A DNA stretch of 63,666 nt, counting the filler, from Lenisia limosa (Eukaryota > Protista > Breviatea), in NCBI GenBank assembly GCA_001655205.1. It is 15 parts of 15 records of this genome, joined end to end, with 100 filler letters (N's around TTAATTAATTAA, not from the genome) between each part and the next. Parts side by side here need not be neighbours in the genome. Positions count along the whole stretch, not along the records: positions 8,717 to 13,620 come from LPNZ01000953.1; positions 13,721 to 19,463 come from LPNZ01007533.1; positions 19,564 to 28,178 come from LPNZ01006664.1; 12 more parts are not named here. One strand, given 5' to 3'. A program made the position numbers and the translations under genes. The notes beneath the pieces are model-generated. The model was given only the letters and a program-made list of their open reading frames with translations, was not told the DNA's origin and searched no databases. Below, piece by piece: positions 12,131 to 25,171 of this stretch (its first letter is position 1; every line of letters starts with the position of its first letter).

Positions 12131-13405
12131 ATGGGATGCGGAGGAAGCAAAAAGAAAGAAGTGGAAGAACCCGCTCAGGTTTCTGAACCCCAAAATGAAG
12201 AACCAGCAGTTGTAGAAGAAGTTGTTGAGAAAGTTGAGGTGAGAACCGAGGAGAAACCGCCCCCGAAGTGCGAGTCCCCAACGTTGATTGTAACGGAAGA
12301 CGATTCCGTCAAAGAAGAGCAGAAGAAACCCGGTCCTCCGCCCATTTCAACAAGATCCCAAGGGCCCCCTCCTTTTGCTGTATGCCCACCTTTCTCCCCA
12401 ATTCCCTCTTGGTCAATGCTCATTCTTTAGGCTGGCCGGCGCCCACCTGTTCAGCCCAACACTCGTGAGAATGGGGTGATGCTTACCGGCAATGGGCTTT
12501 GTGATGTGAATCCACCCCTCTTGGTCCTTGACCGAAAATGACCAATCATACTTTTTTTTTTTCTTTTTTTTTTTCTCTTGCTCCTTCAAGTGACCAACCA
12601 TGGTTTAAAGCATATTGCCTACTGGTTAAGATAATTTATTTTGCAAAACGAAACGCTTGTGTTTCTGTTCATTTGTTGGGACAATGGAAGGAGCCCTATT
12701 AGTGTAGAGAGGTACTGGAAGGAGATCTAGTGTTGAGAGGGACAATGGAAGGAGACCTGTTAGTATTGAGAGGGACTTTATCAACACCCCCCCTTTTGGA
12801 TCGTTTGACCGTATCTTGCTGCTGCTTTATAGTACTCTATCTTCATGTTCTATTAACCATATTTCATTTCTCAATGTTTCCTCCCCTTTAACGGGTCCAG
12901 CTGACATTGAGTCCTCACCAAACGCCTCAATCAATGATTACGAATACGAGAAGGACTTAGGTTCGTGGCATTTGTGGATTCTGTTTCAGGGTATTGGTTC
13001 ATAGGGCTTCACTTCGGTTCGAAAAAAGTCCGAATTTCAGATAAATCCTCGAAAATTATGGATATTTTATCGGTCTTTTTTCAGATCAGACATATGATAT
13101 ATTCTATGATATGAAGCCTATCGAATGCTTTGATGTTCTCAGGAAGAGGCTCCTTTGGAGTGGTCCGGCTTTACAAACGAAACGGAAAGGTGAGCGCTTC
13201 CCTGAGGGATTGCCTCTCTTTCCTGTTCATTTTTCCTTGATTTGATATACCATTTAACATATTCTCTTGTGATGCCTGCTGTATGATAAGGAGTATTGTA
13301 AAGAGCTGGGGGTTAGCGAAAGCTCTTAACTTTCCTTATAACACCGATAGCTCTTTGCCATCAAGGAGTTCGCAAAAAAGAGGCTCCGAAGGCCAAAAAT
13401 GTTCG
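12131..13405 (+). CDS. CAMKK/GRIK-like Ser/Thr kinase, N-terminal part, with MGCGGS acylation motif
   Basis: Exons MGCGGSKKKEVEE.., DIESSPNASINDYEYEKDLG|RGSFGVVRLYKRNGK|LFAIKEFAKKRLRRPKMF: Gly-rich loop and catalytic Lys with the CAMKK-type AIKEFxKxRLR signature. Cut by the scaffold end. Confidence 0.75.
13002..13082. mobile_element. hAT MITE family A, right end truncated, in a kinase intron
   Basis: TAGGGCTTCACTTCGGTTCGAAAAAAG..ataaatcctcgaaaattatggatattttatcggtcttttt. Confidence 0.85.
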
Positions 13406-13720
13406 GTAAGCTGGAATGTTTAACACTTCACTTCGTACTTCAACAGCAGCATTCTGTACTATAATACATGTATCATATAGTACATAGTATATTGGTATTT
13501 TACCGGTTCTTTTATGTCTGTTTATATATCAGTATATATACACTAGATATATATATATATATATAGGTGGACCAACAAAACCGCGCCCACTAACATAACC
13601 GCGCCCACTTTTTGAAAAACNNNNNNNNNNNNNNNNNNNNNNNNNNNNNNNNNNNNNNNNNNNNTTAATTAATTAANNNNNNNNNNNNNNNNNNNNNNNN
13701 NNNNNNNNNNNNNNNNNNNN

Positions 13721-16700
13721 TCAAGGCCATCCCCGCTCTCTGCACAAGCGCCGACTGGAAGCAACAGTTCGCGGCCATTGTTATTTATTACCATGCTATT
13801 CTATGATTGTTGTTAATTTCGCCCTTCATCTTGACCACATAGACACGCCGGCTTCCTCTTCGTCTCCTCTCTTGCCGACTCCTGCAAGAAGCAAATCAAA
13901 TCCAACCTCGGACAGCTCGTCCACATGCTCGTTGCTGGATTGAAGCATGCGCACCCTCGTGTCCGCTGGGCTGCCTCCATGTGTCTCTCCAACCTCCATG
14001 AGGCCTTCGGTGTTGAGTTCACTGTTAGGGGGATACTGGTTTTGCTTTGAGGGAGTTCTGGTTTTTGCTTTTACTGGGGACTCTGACCTTTCAGATCACT
14101 TTCAATGAGACCCTCCTCCCCCCCATTGGTGCCATTCTGGATGACCACTCATCACCCCGGTATGTTTGCCTTCATTGGAGTTCAGTTTGAGTGAAAGCTG
14201 GATTTTTCAACGGGAGGGATGGCTTTTTCTTTCAAAATAATGGTTGTGCAATCACACTCTCCACACTCACCCCTTGCAGTNNNNNNNNNNNNNNNNNNNN
14301 NNNNNNNNNNNNNNNNNNNNNNNNNNNNNNNNNNNNNNNNNNNNNNNNNNNNNNNNNNNNNNNNNNNNNNNNNNNNNNNNNNNNNNNNNNNNNNNNNNNN
14401 NNNNNNNNNNNNNNNNNNNNNNNNNNNNNNNNNNNNNNNNNNNNNNNNNNNNNNNNNNNNNNNNNNNNNNNNNNNNNNNNNNNNNNNNNNNNNNNNNNNN
14501 NNNNNNNNNNNNNNNNNNNNNNNNNNNNNNNNNNNNNNNNNNNNNNNNNNTCCGCTACATTGAGCGTTGTCCCCCCGAGTTCCTTGAGACCTTTGTTGAG
14601 CAGCTCTACGGCAAGCTCACCGTCTGTATCCAGAAGAGTCGGCTGGGGTTTTGTCAGCTTTATTGTAGCGTCAGGACAATGATATTGGTTTTTATTTTAA
14701 TAATAATTTGGTTTTTGTGCGGAGTATCGTTATGTCTTCTCAAAATGCGTTTTGAGACAAATGAATGTGATATGCTTCTATCCCTGTTTACATTCGGCAG
14801 ACACCCGCTGTGTCCAGGAGCAAGCTCTGTCATGCATTTCTGCAATTGCGTCCTCTCTTGACGAGAAGTTCCAGCCCCTCTACCCCCTCGTCATGCCCCT
14901 TGCTATTGCCGTAGGTCCCTCTCCTTTCCACTACTTTTATTGAAATTGAGCATTAATCCACCCATTATGATACGGCTCACCACCCAGATCCTGGAGTCGC
15001 CCGATGACGTCACCATGCAGAGACTCAAAGGCAAGGCCCTCGAGTGCATCTCTTTCTGCGGTACGGCTTTAAATGATTCGCCCTTTCTTGCACCCCCCCC
15101 CCCNNNNNNNNNNNNNNNNNNNNNNNNNNNNNNNNNNNNNNNNNNNNNNNNNNNNNNNNNNNNNNNNNNNNNNNNNNNNNNNNNNNNNNNNNNNNNNNNN
15201 NNNNNNNNNNNNNNNNNNNNNNNNNNNNNNNNNNNNNCTTCTCCAACGCCATGACCGCCATTGAAGCCGACCCCACTGACATCAGAGTGCGCCTCGCCAT
15301 GCTACCTAACTATTATGTTATACTATAATCCAATATCTCTTATTAGCGTGATGGTGTGGACGGTTTTGGCCAGATACAACTTTATTTTTTACTTCTCATT
15401 GCTGTATATTATAATGTGAAGGACTCGACCTAACCCTTCAGTCCGAGTACTTGACCGACGCCTTCGGCCGCGTGGCCGTCTGTCTTGGCAAGGTACGCTG
15501 CCTATTTGTTTTGGAGTTGGTGTCCTTCCCATTTAGATTCTCATTCACCCCTCCCCCCAGAGCTTCTATCCCTACCTCCAACTTGTTGTGCCGAACACGC
15601 TGAAGCAGGCCTCCGCGGCCGGCTACGAAGTTTGCGACGTCAACGAGACCAGTAGGGGGGGGGGGGCTTGCCTTTTATTCTTCTTTATGAATTATTTAGA
15701 GTTTCAGTTATACTTCTCCCAAAAAAGACTACCTATGATAGCGTATTAGATTAGATAACTCTTTCCTTCTGACTCTCAGCCGCGGCCGACGCTTTCGTCA
15801 TGCCCATCTCCAGCGACCAAAAGCTTGTCATCTCCGACATGGAGGCTGAGTCCATTTCTTCCGCCCTCACCATGCTCGCTACCTACTGTTCCGAGACCGA
15901 AGAGCGTTAGGGGGCTAAGGTTTTGTTTTGGATTGGACTCAAATGTCTTGATATGCTAGACATATCCCCCTCCCTCCCACTGACCTCTCAGACTACATGC
16001 CATTCTTCGAGGCCACCATGGAGGTTGCCATCAAGAAGCTTGACTACGCATTCATGCCCGACATCCGTACGGCCTCTTACATTGTGCTCGAGAACCTTGC
16101 CGGCTGCGAAGTCGCTGTCAATGAGAAGAACGTCGATCACAGTGCGCTGGCCGTTTGATCATGTTGTTTATTGAATATTTTACCTTTATCACCCAAATAT
16201 TTATGTATGTATTACGGCTTTTGGTCAGATACCTTTTTTTCACATTTGAACACTGCTCTCACACCCCAGTGAGACTGGTTATCCCCAAGCTTCTCAACCC
16301 CATGCTCGCCTCTGTCCAGAAGGAGACCTCTCTTGAGGTTCTCCACCCCGCTATCGAGAGCATCACCAAGGTGTGGGGGGGGGGGGGTANNNNNNNNNNN
16401 NNNNNNNNNNNNNNNNNNNNNNNNNNNNNNNNNNNNNNNNNNNNNNNNNNNNNNNNNNNNNNNNNNNNNNNNNCCATTCTTTTGATTATTCTTCTTTTCT
16501 CCATTCTAATATTCCTCTTCAGCTTGTCAAGAGCCTCCCCGAAAATGTTATTACCCCTGAAGACATCAAGGTTTGCCGTGCTTGATTGCTGCAACGGAGT
16601 TTATCAATAGCTTATCTAAGCTCTTAGGTTGCTGGAAACGCTTTGGGCGTTCTCTTCACGGACTACAACAAGCGTGTTGATGAGAGAAAGAGTGGGTACA

Positions 16701-18357
16701 GAGAACTTCACAGAACATTTTATATATGTATACGCCCAATTAGGCCACGATTGGTTTTGACTGCTGTAGCATCCCGCACAAAGGAGGACTACGATGACGT
16801 TGAAGAGGAGCAGGTCCAGGAGCAAGCTGAGCTGTATGTTACAAAAAGTTCTTTCGTTCAATGCTCTCTGCCTGTTTTACACTTCTCCTTTCCAACCGCT
16901 GACAACTATAGTGATGAGGAGATTCTCTCTGAGGTTGCANNNNNNNNNNNNNNNNNNNNNNNNNNNNNNNNNNNNNNNNNNNNNNNNNNNNNNNNNNNNN
17001 NNNNNNNNNNNNNNNNNNNNNNNNNNNNNNNNNNNNNNTTAACGTTTCATGTGATATTGCCTGGCGTTACCTTTGTTTCCGTTTACCTGTCCAGGAGGTC
17101 CCGCCTCCGCGCCCCTTGTGGAAAGCTTCCTCCCCTCCATCATGACCTACTTCCACCCCTCTCACGCCGCCCCTTACATCTCCGTGAGCTGGCTCTGACT
17201 TTAGTACCCCTGTTCTTTCATGTGGTTGTTAGGAACCTTCCATGCAATAATGACTGCTATGATGCAATATGCGGTTACGTTCCACATTTCCCTTACCCCT
17301 TCCCAGCTTGCCACCGGCTTTGTTTCTGACATTATGAACCACATGCCTGCCTCAGCCACCAAGCTCATTGGCCAATACATCCCTGGTCTCCTCCAGTTTG
17401 CCACACACCAGTCCAGCCTCGTCCAAATGTACTCCATCTTCGGCATCAGGCTTGCCTGCTCCATTGAGAGTGGGCGATGAGTGATTTCTTTTATTCGTGA
17501 TGCCCTCCTCGCCCTCGCCATTCACTCTCCAGACACCCCCCTGGACTTCAACGCCGCCCTCTCAGTCCTCCATGGTGTTATGCAGAATCCCTCTCTCGAG
17601 CCTCGTGTCAAGGGTATGCTTCTGTCTTCCAATATACTCCAAACACTTGCTACTTCTTGAATTCACGTTCGCAGATTGTGCTATTGCTGCGATGGTCATG
17701 TGTATCTTCACCAACTCCAAGAACGTTGACTACAGCGAGGCTTTCAACTTCGTATGAGTCTCGATCCTCACTGCTCTTTTTCCTGCTTGCCTTTACTGAC
17801 CCCGTCCAGGCTCTCGGCCAGTTCCCCTTCACCGAGGACTTTGACGAGGCTCTTGTCATCTTTGGCGAAATGACCACAAAGGTTGGCTCCTGCCCTGTCT
17901 TCAGAGTTGTTTTGGTTTGCTCCTCACCCCCCTCAGGTCAAGAGCCAGGACCCGTTCCTCTTTGGCGCTGACGGCAGCCGTTTGCCTCTTGTCGTGGCTG
18001 CTCTTGCAAAGTGGGCCGTCTAAATATCATATGCCATTGTTTTGATCTTTTCCTGTTTTCTTGCACACATTTAACCCCTCTTCAGGTGCGCTGCTGTTGA
18101 GGACCTCAAATACTCGTCAGCAAAGACCCCTCTCTCCGACCTTCTCAAGGGTATGCGAAGAACTCTTTTTTGACTGTCTAATGCATTGCATCCCAAGACT
18201 AATGTCACCCCAGCCCTTCAAACCACCGTTCCTGGCGACGCTCTACAAGCCGCCTTTGCCTCCCTCCCCGCTGAGCACCAAACCGCCCTCCAACAGGTCA
18301 TGGCCTAGTCTTTTGTCATTGAATATACGTTTTTTCTTAGATCCCTCCGAGCAGTAG
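13721..18357 (+). CDS. IPO5: Importin-5 (karyopherin beta-3/Kap121), HEAT repeats, multi-exon, 5' truncated
   Basis: DWKQ|QHAGFLFVSSLADSCKKQIKSNLGQLVHMLVAGLKHAHPRVRWAASMCLSNL, VQEQALSCISAIASSLDEKFQPLYPLVMP, QRLKGKALECISFC, YLTDAFGRVAVCLG, YMPFFEATMEVAIKKLDYAFMPDIRTAS, ending LPAEHQTALQQ|IPPSS-TAG. Confidence 0.9.
15320..15415 (+). repeat. Unclassified ~95-bp dispersed repeat (family U) in an IPO5 intron
   Basis: ccaatatctcttattagcgtgatggtgtggacggttttggccagatacaactttattttttacttctcattgctgtatattata; at least 10 related copies in the window. Confidence 0.85.
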
Positions 18358-18770
18358 ACGACGCTCACGTACATTGAAACAGAAACAGACATGGGAAAAC
18401 TACTCTTCTACACACAATATTAACATAAACAATTATTACGAGCCAGACGATTACTTGAACTTGTTCTCTAATCTGTCGAGTTTGTTGGAAAGTGCTTGAC
18501 CTGAGTTGTGTACCCTTCATAGTAAGTTAAGAGAACAGCTTATACATTGGCATGGACCCCCTCCCCCCCCCCCCTACGATGTGACAGGGGCCTCATCTTT
18601 CCCTCGTCTTCGTGGGTCCTNNNNNNNNNNNNNNNNNNNNNNNNNNNNNNNNNNNNNNNTGAGTTGCCTTTTATGGTTAGCTCAGCATACAGTTATTAAT
18701 GTGGTATCTGGCAGAAGCTGTCTACACCACACCATCACGATATTGGATTAAGAAAAATAATTTTAGGAGG

Positions 18771-19400
18771 AAGCCGGCATTTCTTACCAATATCGGAGCT
18801 TTCGAGGAAAGTGGCAGGCTCCCAACCAGCAATAGCACTGAAAGCGGTCAACTCCCTAAACTGTCAGTCTCACTTAACTAAGATGAAAGGTCCAATGGTA
18901 CCCTCGCTCACTTGATAGAGATGCCAAGCATGCTCTTTGCATAGTGTATGGCAAGTTTGCGACAGTGTGGATCTTCAAAGGCTGCCGGACCTGAAGTTGT
19001 GAGGACAACTGCATTATATGAGAGAAGTGCTTATTGACCAACCCATTTCAGCCAGAATTGTGTAGAACATTCGCTTGCCAGGCCTGTGCTCCTGCTCCAA
19101 ATAACGCTAAAAAGTCAGTGAACTGCAGCTAAAAAAACTGATTTTTCTTGCTACCCTCGATACAAACATCCCAATCGTTGTAGCACAAAACAAAATATAT
19201 ACTTTGAAGAAAAAGACGAAAAGTTCCTCCTCCATGCTGAAGAGGCCTCCTTTTGACCGAAGCTATTTGGATTAGTTTTGATGAAGTGGTACCATAGAGA
19301 TGAGAGACCACACATGATAATTTCAAAATCCCGTAACTTACATGTGCAACGAGCGCTCGATAGGCTGCCACATGAGGCGGAAGGGATTTCAATTCTCTGT
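18771..19400 (-). CDS. Uncharacterised protein, multi-exon fragment
   Basis: Exons LKSLPPHVAAYRALVAH, EHRPGKRMFYTILAEM|GPAAFEDPHCRKLAIHYAKSMLGISI|FRELTAFSAIAGWEPATFLESSDI with GT-AG boundaries. Confidence 0.5.
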
Positions 19401-19563
19401 CATGCTTTAGTCGTGCTTCTTCCCTACAGATTTAACACTAGTATTCTTCAAACAGTTGGTTAGNNNNNNNNNNNNNNNNNNNNNNNNNNNNNNNNNNNNN
19501 NNNNNNNTTAATTAATTAANNNNNNNNNNNNNNNNNNNNNNNNNNNNNNNNNNNNNNNNNNNN

Positions 19564-19813
19564 CAGAGCAAAAGCAGCCTGGGTCAACATTGCTGAATAC
19601 CACCAAGCTTTGACTGACACTGATCTCGAATTCTTTGATTCCAATCCTGATACTCTTCCTTGGGACTTTTCCGTTGTTGAGGTCACCCAGCCTAGAGTTG
19701 TACTTTCTTTTGAACTTGGGACCGACCAACAAGCCATTGCCCCCATGACCCGGCCTACTGGGAAGAGCGACTTCTCGAGGACATGAAGAGGAAGAAACAG
19801 GCTGAAGCTCAAG
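19564..19813 (+). CDS. Uncharacterised protein fragment
   Basis: VNIAEYHQALTDTDLEFFDSNPDTLPWDFSVVE and CPHDPAYWEERLLEDMKRKKQAEAQ|gtatgc. Confidence 0.4.
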
Positions 19814-20202
19814 GTATGCAATTCGCTGGTCGCTTTCTATCACTTTAATATACACTGACAATTATAGCTGTCCGTCAAGCTTCACCAAAGAAGAAAGGAA
19901 CTTCTCCTGGCTCATATGGGATTTCTTTTTTTTTCCTATTTTCCTATTATTTGTTTGTATCTACATGCGTTCTTTATCCTTTGGTCCAGGCATAAAACTA
20001 CTTCCATTTTTGTTCCTTATGACTCTGCTGAAGTGCTTCTACAAAAGGATGGTTTCTGTATTTGATAAAGATGGGAAACTGTATTGTAAGATGGACTCTG
20101 TGTATTCCATGATATTCTCTAGGAGGCATGACTAAGCCTTTCCTCTTAATATGTAATTATTCAGAAGAGAGCAAAGTGGTCAGCAGGTGGTCAGATATCC
20201 GG

Positions 20203-20466
20203 TGTGACAGTGGACAGCGGGTGGCCATGCGGTAGCCATCCGGTGGCCAAGATTAGGCTTCGGTGGCCAACGGTGGCCAAAATCCCCGGGTTTTCCCCGG
20301 GTTATGGTCCGATTAAAAGGACAACCGAAGGTGTTTGCCCCGGGTCGGAAAAAAGTTGACACTCTCTTGGGCGTTGACAGGTGCAATATAGGGTGGCCAC
20401 TTGGTGGCCAGAAATCCTCCCGGGTGGCCAGGGTGGCCAAATTCTGGCCACCTGGCCACTGTCACA
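20203..20466. mobile_element. Ginger1-like non-autonomous element (TGT..ACA, CCGG TSD)
   Basis: CCGG|TGTGACAGTGG..CCACTGTCACA|CCGG; 11-bp perfect and ~24-bp imperfect TIR; about eight internal GGTGGCCA motifs and four CCCGGG. Confidence 0.7.
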
Positions 20467-22919
20467 CCGGAGCATTATTCACACCGGTGCACACGACCGC
20501 GACATCTTTTCAGAAATTGCCATTTTTTTATCTCAAATCAAAGAAAAATCACTGAAAAGGCATTTTCAGACAACGTGAATGCTACTGAAACAAAAACTAG
20601 ACAAAATAATTATTTAGAAAATTTTAGGAAATAGTCTCTGAAAAGTTCAGTTCATTTCCCTTTTCTCAAGAGTTTTTTGAAGGAAGCTCCTCTTTCTACG
20701 ATCCAAAGTCAATTTTTATGAAAGCTTAGAAGTGTCGGAAATGATTCCTCAGAGCTATATCTATCATTTCATGACTTTTTTTGTAAGAATATTGGGTATC
20801 ATGCAGTGTTATAACAATGAGCATTTTGGTAATCATCCGAAGAATTATGCCGCTTTCCCATATTAAGCCGAAATTTTGAATAAATGTGCCGCCATTCTAT
20901 TGAAGTTTTTTGACACGATTTAGGGGTAATAGAGTAGTAAAACCAGATATGGACAAAGGAAGCTGACTGGTTTGAGGCCAAAGATGATGATAAAACTCCC
21001 TTTAATCCCCAAAAATGTTCACACCAACCGAAATCTTCCTCAGAACTTCCAATTGCGTGAGCTCGCGTTGAACATGATTCTGAAACCATCAGCATTCAAG
21101 CTCCCCACTCTCCAAGGAGTATCAAATTTCAAATTGAGACAAAATTCAAGGGAGGTAGCTAATCTCCAAAAACATCTAATACGGTAGGCAACTTCCCTCT
21201 TCAAGTTGAGACCATTAAGAATCTTATTTACACCGTTATAGTATAAATTTACGTGCTCGCCATTTGTGAACCTGCCTAACTTATTTAGAAGGCAATGGGT
21301 TCCTAACTATCCTAGACTTCTCATCCCGAAGGAGTCTAGCCCTTAACTCTTCTTATAATGGGGCGTGACCGCAACTTCGACGCTTAGCGGCCAATCGAAT
21401 GGAAGACGCTCAGCGGCCACGCGACTGTCCACGCTCTGTTTGACGATGCCGCCTTGAAGCCAAATCAGTATATTCGGCGCTACTGTTAAGGAGAAGAAGA
21501 AGACACATACAAGCAGCCTTTCGGACATTATCAGCCCGTGCCAACCAAGAAGACCTCAACTTGGAGGCAGCACCGCCAAGTTGTTCTCGCGGTCGCGAGG
21601 GAGGGAGGGATACATCCGCAAGTTCGGATCACCAAGCAAGCAAGTTCCCTGTGTTTCCTTTCTTTTTTTTTCTTCCTTTTTTTGCAATCATATTATGCTA
21701 CCTTATTGATGTTTAATTAAAGCTTCGTTATACAATAATTACTTTCTTCAGGGAGGGGGCACACGAAACAACAAAAGAAATATTCATCGAAACACTAACA
21801 CTGCAAGTTTTTGAAACCTTACAATGAAGATAAGTGGGCTATCCTTCGTATACTTTGCGTGAAATACTCCACGGTATATTGTTTACAACACTAAAATGCA
21901 AAAAAAGGTATCCCGAGATGAACCTCACTGCCTATTGACGGCCATTTTCCGAATAATTGAGAAAGCCAAGCCATCACCATTTGATGATTAGTGTTAATGT
22001 AATTAAAGCAAAAGCAGATCAGTAGAAGGGGCAAGGACTCAAGGTGAAGAGAGATCGAGTCAGACTTTGGTTTCGAAAGTACGTCGGGCGAGAAAGGGCA
22101 GGAGGGGCCGTGAGTCACCTTGGTGAGGAAAATTTTCTTTGGGAACTAACCACTTGAGTTACGTGCAAAGTTTAGATTTCTGCCATTGGTACCCCTCTTG
22201 AAAACAAAATCAGAAAATTTTAGACTTTGGTCGAAACACAGAAATCATATAATTTACTCTTGGAATAGTCATAAGAATACTTCCTGATAATATTTTCTAA
22301 AAATTAAGATTCCATATTTATTACCTCACCTCCTATAAAAATTGTTAAAATACACTTTGCAACCTGGAAACTATTAGACAAGGCTATATTTAAGGTTTTA
22401 AAACATGATGAATCACACGCTGGAATTAAAACATGAATACTCTCAATGTTGCGCCAAAGGCACGAGGATTAACATTGTGTTCAAAGGATACTCGAACAGC
22501 ACCAGAATTTCCATGTGTTGCTACCACAGTTCCCCATTCACTTTTCATTTTAATGCCAAATGTTACACACAAAACCAAAAAGAACCTCTGGCGCCTTTAG
22601 ATTTCGTAACATAAGCAACTTTCTTTCCAATATACGATTTAGCAGAATCAACACTATGAACGCCATTCACAATAACTAGAGCAGTTTGCGCACGTTGACG
22701 ATGGAGAGACCAAAGTAAAAATAAAATAAGAGCACCTTCTGACTCCCATTAAAGTTCCTTTAGAAAATAGTCTAGCCATTATAATGTTGAAAAGGAGCTG
22801 TGAAATAATTCCTATTATTTTTCAATATTAGTGTACTGTTGATATATATTAAATTTTCAATGGTATCATATATGCATTTAGTAAACTATTTCGAAAACAA
22901 CAATATTGATACTTTGCCA

Positions 22920-24259
22920 CCAATCCGCCTGGTATACATCGAGTGGGTATTCACGGAACCGGTTCAGATCCGTAAATCTAAGCGCTCTCCTTCCGTTCCC
23001 TCCTTTTTTTTATTTATAAACTGTTTGATAAAATGTTTTTCGAGGACGAATGGCTTAACCATTGATTCACGCTTCATTTCCGGCTTTTTTGATCTGCTTG
23101 GCCGGGACCCACGTGTTCCAGGTGTTTTTCACGATTTTATAGAGATAGAGATTACTTCAATAAGATAAAACCTTTTTGACTGTACAAAAAAGGAGTGCCT
23201 CCTGTGATGATGATCTTGATCATGATCTCATCAGGCGTTTTTTTATTTTTTTTTCCCACATTTTATCTTTCTCAAGAACAAGAATTCTACTTTCACCAGC
23301 ATTATTCTACATCTGCAATTTCATTTTATTTTGATTCATTTGTATTAAGCATCATGTATCTTCTTATCGTGATATATGTCTTATTTTGCAGGTTCTTTTT
23401 ATGGTTACATTTATTCATTTTTTAAGACTATTCAAACCCTGAGGCAAGGCTCAAGGAGGCTAAAAAAGAACTTGATCTACTTTCGTCAAACACAAAAATT
23501 GTTGGTGGTGATATACAGTATACATTCATAACGGTAACATACCATACATGGCCAAAATAGCGTAGAATATGTGACGATGCCCCTTTTATACTTTGGTTCC
23601 ATCATCTTTAGCTGCTTTAGAAGTCTTTTTATTATTCTATTTTGCCAAAAAGTGGTTTCTTTTCTTTTCTTTTCTTTCTGATAACTGCTTAGAAATTCAA
23701 GAAAGAAGCTGATTTGTTCCGTTTCTGGGTGAACAAGAAGCGTGCCGCCCGTAAGCTTGAGCAGTTCAGGACATGTCGCCGTTTCTTTCTTCTCTGAAGT
23801 CCGAAGTTAGGCAAGGCTTGTGTTCACTTTCCTAAAGACCCAGCGCAGGAAATCGGTTGGTTTTGATTATCCATTCCAATACTGTTTCGATGGAGGGCTA
23901 TTTTAATACTATAAAAATATCAGCATTATTCGCCGTGCACTGCCATCCTTAGCCAAACACTTCAAGGCATTCGGTGTGAATGATCACATGTCTGAAACAG
24001 TGGGCCGAATGAAGGAGATGAGCCGCCTCAGAGAACAGATTCTGGAGGAATCTGCCTTGATTAGCAGTATGACATATTTCTTTCTGAAATACATCCCAAA
24101 GTATCTTTTACAAACCTAATAGTATGCTCTCGTTGTATCAGAAATGTGCTGATGCCCTCTGCCACGTCCCTCTGTGTCAGGCAACTATCCGATAGCCTTC
24201 ACAATCAGTTGATGTTGCATCGGGTTCAGGCTTGGATGAGGCCCAAAGGGAATATCTGA
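22920..24259 (+). CDS. Uncharacterised multi-exon protein, C-terminal part
   Basis: Exons DYSNPEARLKEAKKELDLL, KFKKEADLFRFWVNKKRAARKLEQFRTCR, IIRRALPSLAKHFKAFGVNDHMSETVGRMKEMSRLREQILEESALIS|RQLSDSLHNQLMLHRVQAWMRPKGNI-TGA. Confidence 0.55.
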
Positions 24260-25171
24260 TCGCTTCATCAAGTCTCCACCAGTGATTTTCTTCTCGGACT
24301 CCATGAATTATTTCTCCTGTTTCTGGGAAAGTGAGGTTCAATCGTGAAAAATAATGATGAATGTGTGTATTCACACTGGAAAAAGTCGTCATGATTTGAT
24401 GTTAAGATGTCAAATTTTGGCTACAATCCTGTATGTATCATTATTTATTAAAACAGGGTTTTAAATGAGAAAGTTATGCATTGATAATAAAAACGTGAGA
24501 AGGATCTTTACTGCCGAACCAAACCGACAACCAACATAGTTTCAAGCCATATTATCTGACTTTATCCTCGTTTTGAGGCAAAATAGAACTCATTAAAGAA
24601 AAAGCACAACTGACTATTTATTCAACTCTTGACCGATGAGGAACTTGTTGTTACATTAAGCAGAACCTAGTTGAAGTAGAGATATTTTAGCCGGAATCCA
24701 TTGTTTCATGTTTAGCAAAAGAGCAGACTATATTATTGTTTTAACTATATGCTATATTACTGATGGAATTTTCCTTGTTCAGTCTCTATAATAGAGAAAA
24801 TGGACGAAACAGACGTCTGATTACAGTATATACTGCGTCAATAACCCACTTACCGTTCTGGAACGGCACAAAAGGTAAGAGTCAAATTCGCAAAAACACT
24901 AATTAAAAAAAAAATGTTGCGAAGGGGAAAGCAGTAACTCTCAGTGTATAAAACATCACAAGCTGTATTTTTCAGAAAGGTTCTAATATTACAAACATCA
25001 AAGCTCATAAAAGCAATCGAAAAATGTAGACACTCAGAATGAGATTTTCTTCTTAAAGTAAGACTTAAAACTAAATGATAAACTTCTATTTCCTATTTTT
25101 CTTCACAGGGCGCTTTTTCGTAGTCTTGGCCTTCCCCTTTCCTGAAAAGTCATTCCAATTTTGCACAATAT

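Noticed and set aside
14191-14861. Long ORF-track entries dominated by X (also 41205-41589, 42782-43264, 52662-53218)
   Set aside because: They are open only because N runs contain no stops.
20180-20634. Overlapping ORFs in the GGTGGCCA-rich island
   Set aside because: Explained by the GC-rich repeat content of the TIR element; no splice or homology support.
24600-24830. Second degenerate pogo transposase on the plus strand (LLTDEELVVTLS.., KMDETDV)
   Set aside because: Only two short motif echoes in AT-rich sequence full of stops; not distinguishable from chance by eye.
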